From the IMG/VR virus record IMGVR_UViG_3300018080_000107: DNA of 64,000 bases; one strand, written 5' to 3'. The stretch comes from a virus. This document shows, piece by piece, positions 20,562 through 29,782 of the stretch. Positions within the stretch are counted from its first letter, which is position 1; each line of letters begins with the position of its first letter. Under the pieces are notes generated by a model. That model did not search any database and was not told the origin of the DNA. It saw nothing but the letters and a program-made list of their open reading frames with translations. Position numbers and translations under genes: made by a program.

Positions 20562-21322
20562 TATTCAACCTTCTTGTTAGTTCTCCGCTTTCGCGTTTGC
20601 TTCTTTACTGCTTTCTTTATCTTTTTCTTAGCTGGCGTCTCTTCCTTCTTCTCTTCCGGCTTTTTGACAACTTCATTCTCTGTAATGAGTTCATCATAAT
20701 ATTTCTGTGTAAATTGGCCCTCGTCTCCAAGATATCCATTTGCCTCAAGCCACTCACGCTCGTTTAACTTAAGCTCCATATCCTCTGCTGTCATTCCCAT
20801 GTTTGCCAAAAGCGCATGTGAAAAACACTTATCTGCCAATGCAGAATCAGCATCCTCACAAAATGACTTTTTGTTTGGGAATACAAGATTGCCAGCTTCA
20901 TTCATAACACATTGATAAGTAAAAGCTGCCATTTTGACAGTTTCCGCATAGCCTTCTGCTGTGCATGTGCTCATCATGCGTGATTTATAATTCACAAGGT
21001 CCATGAGTTTATTTCGCAATCCCATAATCTCGAATGCAATCTCACGACCCTTTTTATTATCTTTTGTTTTTTCAAGATCAAGCTCAAGAGCAACGATTTT
21101 CATTTGGAGTCCGGTAACTTCCTTTTCGTGCTCATCTGTCCAAGTCCCATTTTTCTCAAATGTACGTTTGGCCTCAAATTCAGTCATCATTCCCTCACGG
21201 ACTGCTTTGGAAAATGCCTTCCTGTATTCCATGTCCATATGAAGCAACTGCTCTTGTGTTGGAGCTACGATGTGATACTTGACGCTCTCATGTTCAAATT
21301 CTATAAGTGTTTTCTGTGCCAT
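20561..21322 (-). CDS. Putative tail assembly chaperone
   Basis: Directly upstream of the TMP; helical; similar to the N-terminal part of 21616..22671 (GTWT motif). Confidence 0.6.
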   Translation of the reverse strand: MAQKTLIEFEHESVKYHIVAPTQEQLLHMDMEYRKAFSKAVREGMMTEFEAKRTFEKNGTWTDEHEKEVTGLQMKIVALELDLEKTKDNKKGREIAFEIMGLRNKLMDLVNYKSRMMSTCTAEGYAETVKMAAFTYQCVMNEAGNLVFPNKKSFCEDADSALADKCFSHALLANMGMTAEDMELKLNEREWLEANGYLGDEGQFTQKYYDELITENEVVKKPEEKKEETPAKKKIKKAVKKQTRKRRTNKKVE

Positions 21323-21325
21323 TTT

Positions 21326-21658
21326 TTACTCCTCGTCCTTACCTTTGTCCTTTTGTCCAAACTCAACGCCAACAGTTTCTGGTACATATTCTACATTAAC
21401 AGTATCTAATGCAGAGTGCATATCACGAATAGCATCATTGCCAATTCCTAATATTTCACTACGTAAACCTTCAAACTGTGGAAATCCGTTACCAAGACGT
21501 GTCTCTATTGCCCTTAACGCACCAACGAATACACCCTTAATGTCCTTATAAAGCCTATCCCTAAGCCATTCCTTTGACTTATGAGAATATCTATCTGTAG
21601 CAGGCTCTATCTCACTTATTCGTCGCGCTTTATGAACTTGCCTTTTCTCAGTTCCCAT
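21326..21658 (-). CDS. Hypothetical protein in the tail chaperone cluster
   Basis: 110 aa, GAGGTG RBS; overlaps the upstream gene by 43 bp. Confidence 0.6.
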   Translation of the reverse strand: MGTEKRQVHKARRISEIEPATDRYSHKSKEWLRDRLYKDIKGVFVGALRAIETRLGNGFPQFEGLRSEILGIGNDAIRDMHSALDTVNVEYVPETVGVEFGQKDKGKDEE

Positions 21659-22671
21659 TCTCTCACCTCGCCTTTTTCCTCAAGTACCTTACGCTCTTGC
21701 CTTAAACCAGCCCTTGTAATAGGATCATTTAGGCCCTGTATTTTTTCAATAGACTCTTTATCTTCACGGTCTGTAAATACAAAAACCTCCTGAAGTCCAT
21801 TACCTCCATGTTTTTTACTAAAAGCCGTAGACTTTCTACTATTTAATACGTCTTTCTCTCTTTTCTTCGATTCTTTTTCAATCCATGCGTCCAGTGCCGC
21901 ATCATCGTCTACAATATGACTTGGCAATTCTGGCTGCATGAAAACATTATCATAATATAAACTCCAATATATTAAAGCATTTTGTGCCTCAGACCACTCT
22001 GCAGCGGCTTTTCCAAACAAATCAGCACCATTTTTAGCGCCATTCCATCTATATCTCCATTGAGGGGATCGTGCTATCGCTCTAATATCACACTCTTTTA
22101 ATATAAATGTTCGCAGATATGCCTCCACAACGTTATTCACAAAGATGAAATCAGTGAAATTATTAAACTCCTCCGCAGTCCAAAACGGCTGTTCATCTAT
22201 TGTTTCCAGGCAATAAAAAGCAATTTTCCTGAATTTTACTTCCTGGGCTCTATATTCCAGACAGTTTACAAATAATTTATGATGGGCAGTTTGAAGTTCG
22301 TTTAGTTCTTCCTGTGCGGTTTGTATACGCTTTTTTATTTGGCGCAGACGATTACGCCGGTACTGGAAGTCGGGTATCATATTATTAAGTCTCTTGATAC
22401 CAACGCTAAGGCTCTCCATTTTATCATCGTCTTCTTTGGTCCATGTACCTGATTTTAGATATAATTCTTTAAGTTCTTCTTGGGTGCATAGACCCTGGCG
22501 CTTTCCATCGGTTAATTCTTTTTCATGGATGTATGTTACTAATACATTTTCGCGGCCAGTTAATGACCTAATAAGGTAAGTTTCTTCTTGGCCTTCACTA
22601 TTGGTAATATCTGCAATAGCCTTGCCAAAAAGTATTTCTTTGATATGTCTTTCGACTTGCTCAGAATCCAT
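21616..22671 (-). CDS. Putative tail assembly chaperone
   Basis: Between tube and TMP; C-terminal WSLYYDNV...IVDDDAALDAWI resembles pre-TMP chaperones. Confidence 0.6.
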   Translation of the reverse strand: MDSEQVERHIKEILFGKAIADITNSEGQEETYLIRSLTGRENVLVTYIHEKELTDGKRQGLCTQEELKELYLKSGTWTKEDDDKMESLSVGIKRLNNMIPDFQYRRNRLRQIKKRIQTAQEELNELQTAHHKLFVNCLEYRAQEVKFRKIAFYCLETIDEQPFWTAEEFNNFTDFIFVNNVVEAYLRTFILKECDIRAIARSPQWRYRWNGAKNGADLFGKAAAEWSEAQNALIYWSLYYDNVFMQPELPSHIVDDDAALDAWIEKESKKREKDVLNSRKSTAFSKKHGGNGLQEVFVFTDREDKESIEKIQGLNDPITRAGLRQERKVLEEKGEVREWELRKGKFIKRDE

Positions 22672-22726
22672 GCCCTTAAAGAGCCTGTGTGGCTCCCTCC
22701 CTGCCTTTCCTTTACCTTTGAGTGTC

Positions 22727-22741
22727 TACACTCATAATACG
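22727..22741 (-). promoter_or_regulatory. Putative late promoter CGTATTATGAGTGTA
   Basis: Variant of the motif at 41925 and 47840 with the same flanks as 47840 (AGT...GACACT); lies between a terminator and the next gene. Confidence 0.65.
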
Positions 22742-22775
22742 ACTACAGCGTCTTGTGGTCGCTCTCAGCAGCTAT

Positions 22776-22804
22776 AAAAAAAGCCCCCGCCTTGTGGCAG
22801 GGGC
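22776..22804 (-). terminator. Rho-independent terminator after the tail tube gene
   Basis: GCCCCTGCC-ACAA-GGCGGGGGC followed by T7 on the minus strand. Confidence 0.85.
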
Positions 22805-22818
22805 ATAGTTAGCTTTAG

Positions 22819-24006
22819 TTACTCAGCGGTATGTGTAATAGTTAGTGAGTTAGAGTTCTGGAACTCCATTGTCACAGCACCATTTCCACCACCAGCGTCA
22901 AACCCACCGAATGTTACAGAACTTATCTTGTTCTTAGTTCCAAGATCAATGGTCAGCCCACCAAGTGTCTTGAGGATGATTGCTCGATCCGTCAAGTTAT
23001 CCACTGTGGATAAAGCTTCAACCTTATCTCCCTCAGAAGTAATAACTTCAAAAGTTGTAGTAACTGTCAATGGGAATGTTACAGCGCGGTAATAAGGACG
23101 TTTGCTACCAAGCTCATAAATCTCTTCACGGCCAACATCCGCAGAAACCGCAATCGACTGAATGTGGTCATCATTTGGAAGGTCAGCAGGTAGAGTTGAA
23201 CCAGCAACATCAAAATCCTCGGTACGCTGTACACCGGCACCAACAACTGTTGCATCATACTCATCAGCAGTATAGAAATACCCTGATGGAGTCTGATCAG
23301 TAGTAAGCGTCCATGTCTTATCATTACCAACCAGAGTAATACTCTCAGTAAAGTTACCGTCAACAGGCATGTTGTAAGAAACTGCACTCACATACATACC
23401 AGAGCAGTAAACTACCGAATCATGTGTTCCAACTGCAGAGTCCTGACTATCAGGATAGACATTGATTGCAACGTCAACTGTGAAGTCGGCTGTTCGGCCC
23501 TTAAGAGTGGTTTGATCTGGGTCAGTAACCATAGACCAAAGAGGCTTAGTACCATCAAGAACACGCTCAAGCGTTACTTCAATGTCTGGAATACCCTCAA
23601 TGTTCTCGTATGAGTCAAGCTGACCAATGTGGAACACGTCTTCCAAGTTGAAAGCTGTGCTAACACTGGCTGTCTGCATACCCATTGGGACTTCCCAACC
23701 ATTAAACTCAACGTTTTGACCATTCACTCCGGTAGCTGCAGTTGTACTGCCATCTCCACGCACACAGCCTGTCAAAGTTGTGGCTGTCTTGCCAGCGTAG
23801 TAAATATACTCACTGCCAATACGAACCTGACCAGAATCTGGCCATTCAACAGGAACCGCGAGCAATGTGATAGTAGCATCGCCTGTACCAATTGGACCGT
23901 CCAATGTTCCAGATGCCACAGCACCATCGATTACACGGGTAAAACGTCTTCGAGTGTCCTTGAGAGCAACCTGTGCCGTAGAATAAGTAATTCTATTATT
24001 AGCCAC
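22819..24006 (-). CDS. Major tail (tube) protein with an inserted small decoration domain
   Basis: 395 aa, GTG start with AGGAGG RBS, flanked by its own promoter and terminator; two-fold internal repeat (EDVFHIG / EEIYELG); insert TLDGPIGTGDATIT...LTGCVRG. Confidence 0.8.
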   Translation of the reverse strand: MANNRITYSTAQVALKDTRRRFTRVIDGAVASGTLDGPIGTGDATITLLAVPVEWPDSGQVRIGSEYIYYAGKTATTLTGCVRGDGSTTAATGVNGQNVEFNGWEVPMGMQTASVSTAFNLEDVFHIGQLDSYENIEGIPDIEVTLERVLDGTKPLWSMVTDPDQTTLKGRTADFTVDVAINVYPDSQDSAVGTHDSVVYCSGMYVSAVSYNMPVDGNFTESITLVGNDKTWTLTTDQTPSGYFYTADEYDATVVGAGVQRTEDFDVAGSTLPADLPNDDHIQSIAVSADVGREEIYELGSKRPYYRAVTFPLTVTTTFEVITSEGDKVEALSTVDNLTDRAIILKTLGGLTIDLGTKNKISSVTFGGFDAGGGNGAVTMEFQNSNSLTITHTAE

Positions 24007-24060
24007 AGCTTACCTCCTTACAATATTTTTTCCCCAGGCACGCAATTAGGGGTTGTTTCC

Positions 24061-24076
24061 TACAATATATTATACG
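24061..24076 (-). promoter_or_regulatory. Putative late promoter CGTATAATATATTGTA
   Basis: 12/16 match to the 16-mer found at both 41925 and 47840; upstream of the tube gene. Confidence 0.55.
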
Positions 24077-24077
24077 G

Positions 24078-24941
24078 TTACGGATTTTGATACAGAGTTA
24101 TTAACCCTTCAACCCGTCCCTTATACAACTTTATTAATAATTCTCTGCTTCTAATTGACATTTTATCGAAATAAATCCTGCCCCAAGGATAATTTGCACC
24201 AAGATCGGTATAGCTTTCATAGGTGGCGGCCTTACTTCCATAGAAACTTAATATTTCAGGAACATCGTTATAATCTGCCCCTTCGGTTGTTTCTCTTGCT
24301 GCGTCAAAGATTATATCCATGATTGCGTCACGTTCCCAATCTCTTGCAGCATACACCCAGAAATTTACTCTTTCACTTAATATTTTTCCACCACCAATTT
24401 GTCGTGGCGCATGATCTCGCGTTTGAAGATCGACAACAACAAGTGGCAGCAACCGTGTTATACCAGATGGAAATATGTCTGTTGAGTCATAACTTGGATT
24501 GTGCAAATATTCTGACATCAAGAAATTATAATTATCGGAATCCACAAAATCTACAGAAACATCTTTATATGTAAAATTGGCCTGCACCAAATCTGAAGCA
24601 GCAGGAACAGTGCCCGTAAATATGATTCTCCCGCGCTTATAATCTACTTTTGGATAATATGGAGATGAATCCTCAGCATGAAAAGTGCCATTAACCCATA
24701 CGCCACTTACACTTATGGGTGCTGTGTATCCAGAAGGGACTGTCACATCCTCTTCGTAAACCCACTCATTGGCAACCGATTCAAAAAACTGACCATCTTT
24801 GCGTAATGTGGCATTGCTATCGCCAGCGTAGCTTACATCGCCAATTTCTGCATGTGCGTACATTCCATTGTCAAGAAGCTTAAGCTCCAGCCATTGTTTT
24901 AGATTGTACCGCAAATTAGAACTTTGTCCAATTCCTATCAT
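24078..24941 (-). CDS. Putative tail terminator/completion protein
   Basis: Upstream of the tube; LPLVVVD...QIGGG...FWVYAARDWERDAIMDII. Confidence 0.6.
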   Translation of the reverse strand: MIGIGQSSNLRYNLKQWLELKLLDNGMYAHAEIGDVSYAGDSNATLRKDGQFFESVANEWVYEEDVTVPSGYTAPISVSGVWVNGTFHAEDSSPYYPKVDYKRGRIIFTGTVPAASDLVQANFTYKDVSVDFVDSDNYNFLMSEYLHNPSYDSTDIFPSGITRLLPLVVVDLQTRDHAPRQIGGGKILSERVNFWVYAARDWERDAIMDIIFDAARETTEGADYNDVPEILSFYGSKAATYESYTDLGANYPWGRIYFDKMSIRSRELLIKLYKGRVEGLITLYQNP

Positions 24942-24950
24942 TTTTCCATC

Positions 24951-25625
24951 CTAATCTGTAAAAACTATAGACATAACTAATAAATCTTCCGGTGGAGTCT
25001 GCGCAAGTGTCTCATAAAATGTGTCTTCAAATACATGAGTGCCAGCAAACTCAAAATTAATACCTGTTGGCCCAGATTGCCCCATGAGGCCATATCCAGA
25101 ACGACCGGCATTTTTCCGCAAATACAAGTACCCAGGCGCTGCAAATCCATATTCCACCAAATCAACCCAGGATATCGTATGCTTTCCATCGTGATACTGG
25201 GCATCTGCGTCAAACTTCAAATTGGCGAAATCTATTTCTAAAAAGCCTTTTACGCCTTTAGAAGTCTCTTGTATTCTGAAATTTGCGAAATCTCCAAGTC
25301 TTATTTTACTTATGATCCCTGTCACTGTACTAATACGACTTTTAGGAATACCGATCATACCCCAAAGTGGATTACTCGTGGCGGCAGATTTAGATGTATA
25401 GCCTCCCATTGGTCCTGTTAATGATGGGATTTGAAGGTGTTGTATCGTACTACTTGCTCGCAGATTTTCTCGATATCTTTTAAGGAAGTTGTCAACAGCG
25501 GCTAAAAGCTTTCCTTTGTCCACCACAAATTTGCCAATGCGTTGACGCACCGCTGCCCCAATTTTCTTTTGCAGGACTGCAACAAATTGTAAGTCCCATT
25601 GTTGGGGGTACGTCGCTTTGGGCAT
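24951..25625 (-). CDS. Putative neck/tail completion protein
   Basis: Basic 224 aa with WVDLVEYG (HK97 gp10-like xEYG motif); positional. Confidence 0.5.
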   Translation of the reverse strand: MPKATYPQQWDLQFVAVLQKKIGAAVRQRIGKFVVDKGKLLAAVDNFLKRYRENLRASSTIQHLQIPSLTGPMGGYTSKSAATSNPLWGMIGIPKSRISTVTGIISKIRLGDFANFRIQETSKGVKGFLEIDFANLKFDADAQYHDGKHTISWVDLVEYGFAAPGYLYLRKNAGRSGYGLMGQSGPTGINFEFAGTHVFEDTFYETLAQTPPEDLLVMSIVFTD

Positions 25626-26173
25626 TAATTAACTCTCTTCCAATAACATTCTACAAACTTCAAATCAGTAGGCTCATTTCCCATTCCACGCTTGTATGGT
25701 TCAGACAGTCGAATAAAATCTAAGCCATCAATTGTGGCACGAATACAATTATTAACATCTTCCCATGCTTCAGAAAGCATCTTGGTCAAGATAACATTTT
25801 GTGGCTCAACGCCATGCACATCGTATTCATAATCTTCTGGGCTCTTGACAATTGTTGCTCGCCAAACAGCAGTCTTTGTTGTCTTAATAATATGAGTCCC
25901 TTTACATACCGGACATTTTACGTTGTCAGGAAATGGTTGATTCAACGGCCCCGCCCCAAATGGATTTGAGGTGTTATATTCGTTCAACGCCCTATCGCCA
26001 ATTGAAAGGAACTTGCAGTTTGGACAGCCAGACTCCGCAGGCTGCATGTGTAAGGTCGTCTCGCGCCCCATGTCGGCAATTATTTGGCTAATTGCTTCAT
26101 AGTATTGGTTCTTGAGATTTGGCGTCAGATACTTTCCTGCTGCCGGTAGTAAGCTATCATCTTTTGAAGCCAT
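25625..26173 (-). CDS. Putative head closure protein with Zn-binding insert
   Basis: CPNC...CPVC; position in the neck cluster. Confidence 0.5.
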   Translation of the reverse strand: MASKDDSLLPAAGKYLTPNLKNQYYEAISQIIADMGRETTLHMQPAESGCPNCKFLSIGDRALNEYNTSNPFGAGPLNQPFPDNVKCPVCKGTHIIKTTKTAVWRATIVKSPEDYEYDVHGVEPQNVILTKMLSEAWEDVNNCIRATIDGLDFIRLSEPYKRGMGNEPTDLKFVECYWKRVN

Positions 26174-26886
26174 TACACTATTCCTCTATTTGTAATTTTA
26201 AATATCGGCTTATTATTAGCCACTTTTTCATATTGCAATCCAGCACCGCCGTTATACAATTGTGATGCTTCATTGTCTGTTAATACTCTATTCCACATGG
26301 CAAATTCATCTATGACACCATCGTACTTAAATGAAGTCCCAAATGCACTTCCTATATACATACTATCGTTTGCAAAATCAAAATTTAAATCAAAATTATC
26401 TAATACTTTAACTCCATTATGCCAAGCACTTCCTTTTTTTGTAACAGTGTCAAATGAAGCAACAATATGTTTCTGTGAATATTCACGAGGTTCCACAATT
26501 GACCAATTTGATGCAGAAATTAAGTTGCCACCATAATAAAAGAATCTTTTACCTAGTCCAGTGGAATAAATTGTACTCATCCAAACTCCACGACTATTCA
26601 GTTGGTTATAACATGCAAATATATACTGACTAGACAAATACAAATCATCACTATGTAGCCAAACTGAAATAGTAAAACTACCACTTGGATTACCAATAAA
26701 TCCAGTTGGTTCTTTTAACGCTGTTCCAGAAGCAAGTTGAAATAATGCCCCATCTCCAAATTTGCCAGGAGCACTTGGCAAAGGATTTCCATCTTCTACC
26801 AAAGAAAAACCTCCGTGTGAATCCTCTCTTGTTCCAGAAGGTTCACCCATTTTAAAATATGATTCTAATCCTTCATATAGCGCCAT
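26173..26886 (-). CDS. LamG/ConA-like lectin domain protein (tail class A)
   Basis: GKFGDG, FTISVW, HIVASFD, GVIDEFAMWNRVLT. Confidence 0.85.
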   Translation of the reverse strand: MALYEGLESYFKMGEPSGTREDSHGGFSLVEDGNPLPSAPGKFGDGALFQLASGTALKEPTGFIGNPSGSFTISVWLHSDDLYLSSQYIFACYNQLNSRGVWMSTIYSTGLGKRFFYYGGNLISASNWSIVEPREYSQKHIVASFDTVTKKGSAWHNGVKVLDNFDLNFDFANDSMYIGSAFGTSFKYDGVIDEFAMWNRVLTDNEASQLYNGGAGLQYEKVANNKPIFKITNRGIV

Positions 26887-26887
26887 C

Positions 26888-27619
26888 TTAATTCCTTATC
26901 TGTATTTTCATATACTCTGCGCGGAGCACTGATTGCTGCCCATATCCAAGAACCCCAGTATTATACGTCACGCCATCTCCATTATTGTATAAACTATCAA
27001 TGTCTGATTGGTCAAGTTCACGATTCCATATTGCAATTTGGTCTGCCCCCATTAATTGGCCAGCGTATTGCCCATTATTCATCGCACCTATTGCAAAATC
27101 ATATCCATTATCTTGAATTTGTGCAGCGCCTACGCCCTGTTCTTTATATAAAGATCCATTAAGATACCAACGCTTTCTATGATTCGCTTCGCTAAATGTA
27201 CATACAAAATGATGCCAAACATCAGTAGATGGCCATGCTGCTGCTGATATTATATCTGTTTGCCCCTTGGAAATAAAGCGAAATGTGCGCGAAGGCTCAA
27301 TATAAATATGTATATCACGATCATCAGATGGTGTGTGTGTTTGTTTGTACATTATAAGAGCATACTTACCGGCATATTGTTTTATCCAACCAGAAATCGA
27401 AAAACTTCCACCGGCAGCAAACAATGCGCCACCATGTGTTGCATATTCCATTAGCGGCCTATTTGATCCAGAATTGATTTCAAGACCATTTCCAACTTTA
27501 CCAGTAATTTCTGTCGGCGTACCAATCACCGTAAAATCATAATTGCCGACCATATCTTGTAAACCATCAGTAATATTATTAAATGTCCACCAAGATTGTA
27601 ATCCATTTGCTAATGACAT
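26888..27619 (-). CDS. LamG/ConA-like lectin domain protein (tail class B)
   Basis: GKVGNG, FSISGWIK, WHHFVCTF, DQIAIWNREL. Confidence 0.85.
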   Translation of the reverse strand: MSLANGLQSWWTFNNITDGLQDMVGNYDFTVIGTPTEITGKVGNGLEINSGSNRPLMEYATHGGALFAAGGSFSISGWIKQYAGKYALIMYKQTHTPSDDRDIHIYIEPSRTFRFISKGQTDIISAAAWPSTDVWHHFVCTFSEANHRKRWYLNGSLYKEQGVGAAQIQDNGYDFAIGAMNNGQYAGQLMGADQIAIWNRELDQSDIDSLYNNGDGVTYNTGVLGYGQQSVLRAEYMKIQIRN

Positions 27620-27621
27620 TT

Positions 27622-28347
27622 TTAATTCCTTATTTGAATACGCATATATTGCGTTTTAAAAGTTGACTGTTCTCCATAGCCAAGTGCCACCACGTTATAT
27701 GTTTTTCCTTGACCATTGTTGTATAAGGACAACACTTCTTCTGGTGTTAAGCCACGATTCCAAATAGCAAGTTCGTCATAATAAGATTGGTCTATGCTCG
27801 ATGTTCCATGACTCATTGTCCAAATAGTAGCGGCATTTGCCAAGTCGCCAACTTGATAGCTATGATGATTTACCAAAACTCCATCTATCCACACATCACG
27901 TCTTGCAGTTGTACCATCATGAATACCTACAAAGTGGTGCCATTCTCCGTCAACAGGAAGTGAAAATGTACGAGAGTGCGAATACCCAGAAGTTCTTTCG
28001 CGTGTCGCCCATGTACATCCTATTGTCGCTGGTCCACCACCGCCACCAAAAATAGAAAAATTAGGTGTCGGCGTTCCACCTTTTAACCAATATTGATTGT
28101 ATCCGAGATTTGGTTTTATCCACATGGATATCGTTATGTTGTCAAATGTCATAGGGACAGTTGTTGTTTCTCCTGTAACACCTGATTTATTCCATTTTGG
28201 AGCATTTCCAAATTTACCAGTTGTAGATTCAACGGCCGTACCTCCAGTTTGTTGCAAGGTTAAACCAGCGATTCTATCAATCCACGGACCACCCGGATAA
28301 GAATTTTCAAAATCCCAATAATAAACTAATCCATTGCTTAATGCCAT
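27622..28347 (-). CDS. LamG/ConA-like lectin domain protein (tail class B)
   Basis: GKFGNA, TISMWIKP, WHHFVG, DELAIWNRGLT. Confidence 0.85.
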   Translation of the reverse strand: MALSNGLVYYWDFENSYPGGPWIDRIAGLTLQQTGGTAVESTTGKFGNAPKWNKSGVTGETTTVPMTFDNITISMWIKPNLGYNQYWLKGGTPTPNFSIFGGGGGPATIGCTWATRERTSGYSHSRTFSLPVDGEWHHFVGIHDGTTARRDVWIDGVLVNHHSYQVGDLANAATIWTMSHGTSSIDQSYYDELAIWNRGLTPEEVLSLYNNGQGKTYNVVALGYGEQSTFKTQYMRIQIRN

Positions 28348-29042
28348 TACACTATTCCCCTGTTTGTAATTTTAAATATGGGTTGATTTTGTGATATTTT
28401 TTCATATTGGAGCCCAGCACCATCGTTGTACATTTGTAAAGCTTCTGCATCAGTTAATGTTCTGTTCCAAATTGCTAATTCGTCAATAACACCATCGAGT
28501 ATAGTGCTTGGACCTATATTATAACCACCTATTTGCAATGGAAGACCAGTAGGAGCATCAAATGTAAATGAAAAATCTTCTATAACTTTCACTCCATCAA
28601 ACCACAATTCAGCTTTTTGTGTAGATGCATTATAGGTCAACATTATATAAGAATCGTCCCATGTTCCAACTGGATGTTGCCACCATGTTACAGATGGTGA
28701 AGCCCCATATCCATTTAATATTAAGAAACCACTGCTAAGCTCTAAATTTATTCCCCTAGATGGAAGAGACTTCCAAGAAATTATAAGATATCCTGAATCA
28801 TTAACCTTTGACCAAAACCCTATAGTAAAATTCTTTGTGGGGTCAATAAAATCTTGATTTGGCACAACCATATTGCCGCTTGTAGCAGTAGAAAAATCTA
28901 CCCCATCTACAAAATGTCCACCAGAACTTGCAATTGGAAACGCGCCAGATTCCACCATAGTATAATTCCCATGAGAATCTTCCCTTGTTCCAGATGGCTC
29001 ATTCATTTTATAATAAGCAATCAAATTCTGATATAGTGACAT
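28347..29042 (-). CDS. LamG/ConA-like lectin domain protein (tail class A)
   Basis: FTIGFW, LWFDGV, GVIDELAIWNRTLT. Confidence 0.85.
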   Translation of the reverse strand: MSLYQNLIAYYKMNEPSGTREDSHGNYTMVESGAFPIASSGGHFVDGVDFSTATSGNMVVPNQDFIDPTKNFTIGFWSKVNDSGYLIISWKSLPSRGINLELSSGFLILNGYGASPSVTWWQHPVGTWDDSYIMLTYNASTQKAELWFDGVKVIEDFSFTFDAPTGLPLQIGGYNIGPSTILDGVIDELAIWNRTLTDAEALQMYNDGAGLQYEKISQNQPIFKITNRGIV

Positions 29043-29043
29043 T

Positions 29044-29781
29044 TTATCTCCTTATACGAACTTGACCATTGATAATTTTCATGGTTGCTTCGCCATCTAT
29101 TGTTCCAAGGTCTGCAGCGACTTCAGAATATGTACGTCCTGTACCACCATTATAAAGCCAATCAACCTCAGCAGGAGTTAAACACTTATTCCAAACTCCA
29201 ACTTCATCTAAAGACGCTCGTGCTGTATAGCTATCAAGATTGGTCAATAAATGAACGTCATTTCCACTATTATTAAGTGCATTACTATGACTAGCTGTTG
29301 CCTGACCGTCAACAACATTATTCAAATAGATTATTTTTTCTTTTGTAGTAGAATCATAAGTAAAAACATAATGATTAAAACCGCCTGGCATATTTGTATC
29401 CGCCACCAAGGTATGAGCACTAGGCCCAGAGCCATATGTTACAAAAAGCGGTCTATATGCTGGACTACCATTTTGTCTATAATACACGCCAACGTGATTG
29501 GCCCTCCAATAAAAACATGAGCGCCAATTGAAAATTCCATACGCCCACCAAGATTGCAAAGAAAAGCTACCAGTAAAATCTAATCCTGTCTGTGCGGCAT
29601 TTGCTATTTTTAAATAATCAACACCATCATGATTGGTTAAAGCACCATAGTTGATGTGTCCAGTAGTTTGCAATACATTGCCGATATTTGACATTGTATT
29701 TGAACCGTGCGAATCAACACGATCCTGACCATCAGCCTCTTCCATTTCCCAATATGATATAAGCCCAACGCCTGTTGCCAT
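29044..29781 (-). CDS. LamG/ConA-like lectin domain protein (tail class C)
   Basis: FSLQSW, HYVFTYD, LDEVGVWNKCLT. Confidence 0.85.
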   Translation of the reverse strand: MATGVGLISYWEMEEADGQDRVDSHGSNTMSNIGNVLQTTGHINYGALTNHDGVDYLKIANAAQTGLDFTGSFSLQSWWAYGIFNWRSCFYWRANHVGVYYRQNGSPAYRPLFVTYGSGPSAHTLVADTNMPGGFNHYVFTYDSTTKEKIIYLNNVVDGQATASHSNALNNSGNDVHLLTNLDSYTARASLDEVGVWNKCLTPAEVDWLYNGGTGRTYSEVAADLGTIDGEATMKIINGQVRIRR

Positions 29782-29782
29782 A

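Noticed and set aside
21616-21700. Programmed -1 frameshift joining 21616..22671 to 21326..21658
   Set aside because: The overlap is in the -1 frame, but there is no canonical X XXY YYZ heptamer and the downstream ATG has its own GAGGTG RBS.
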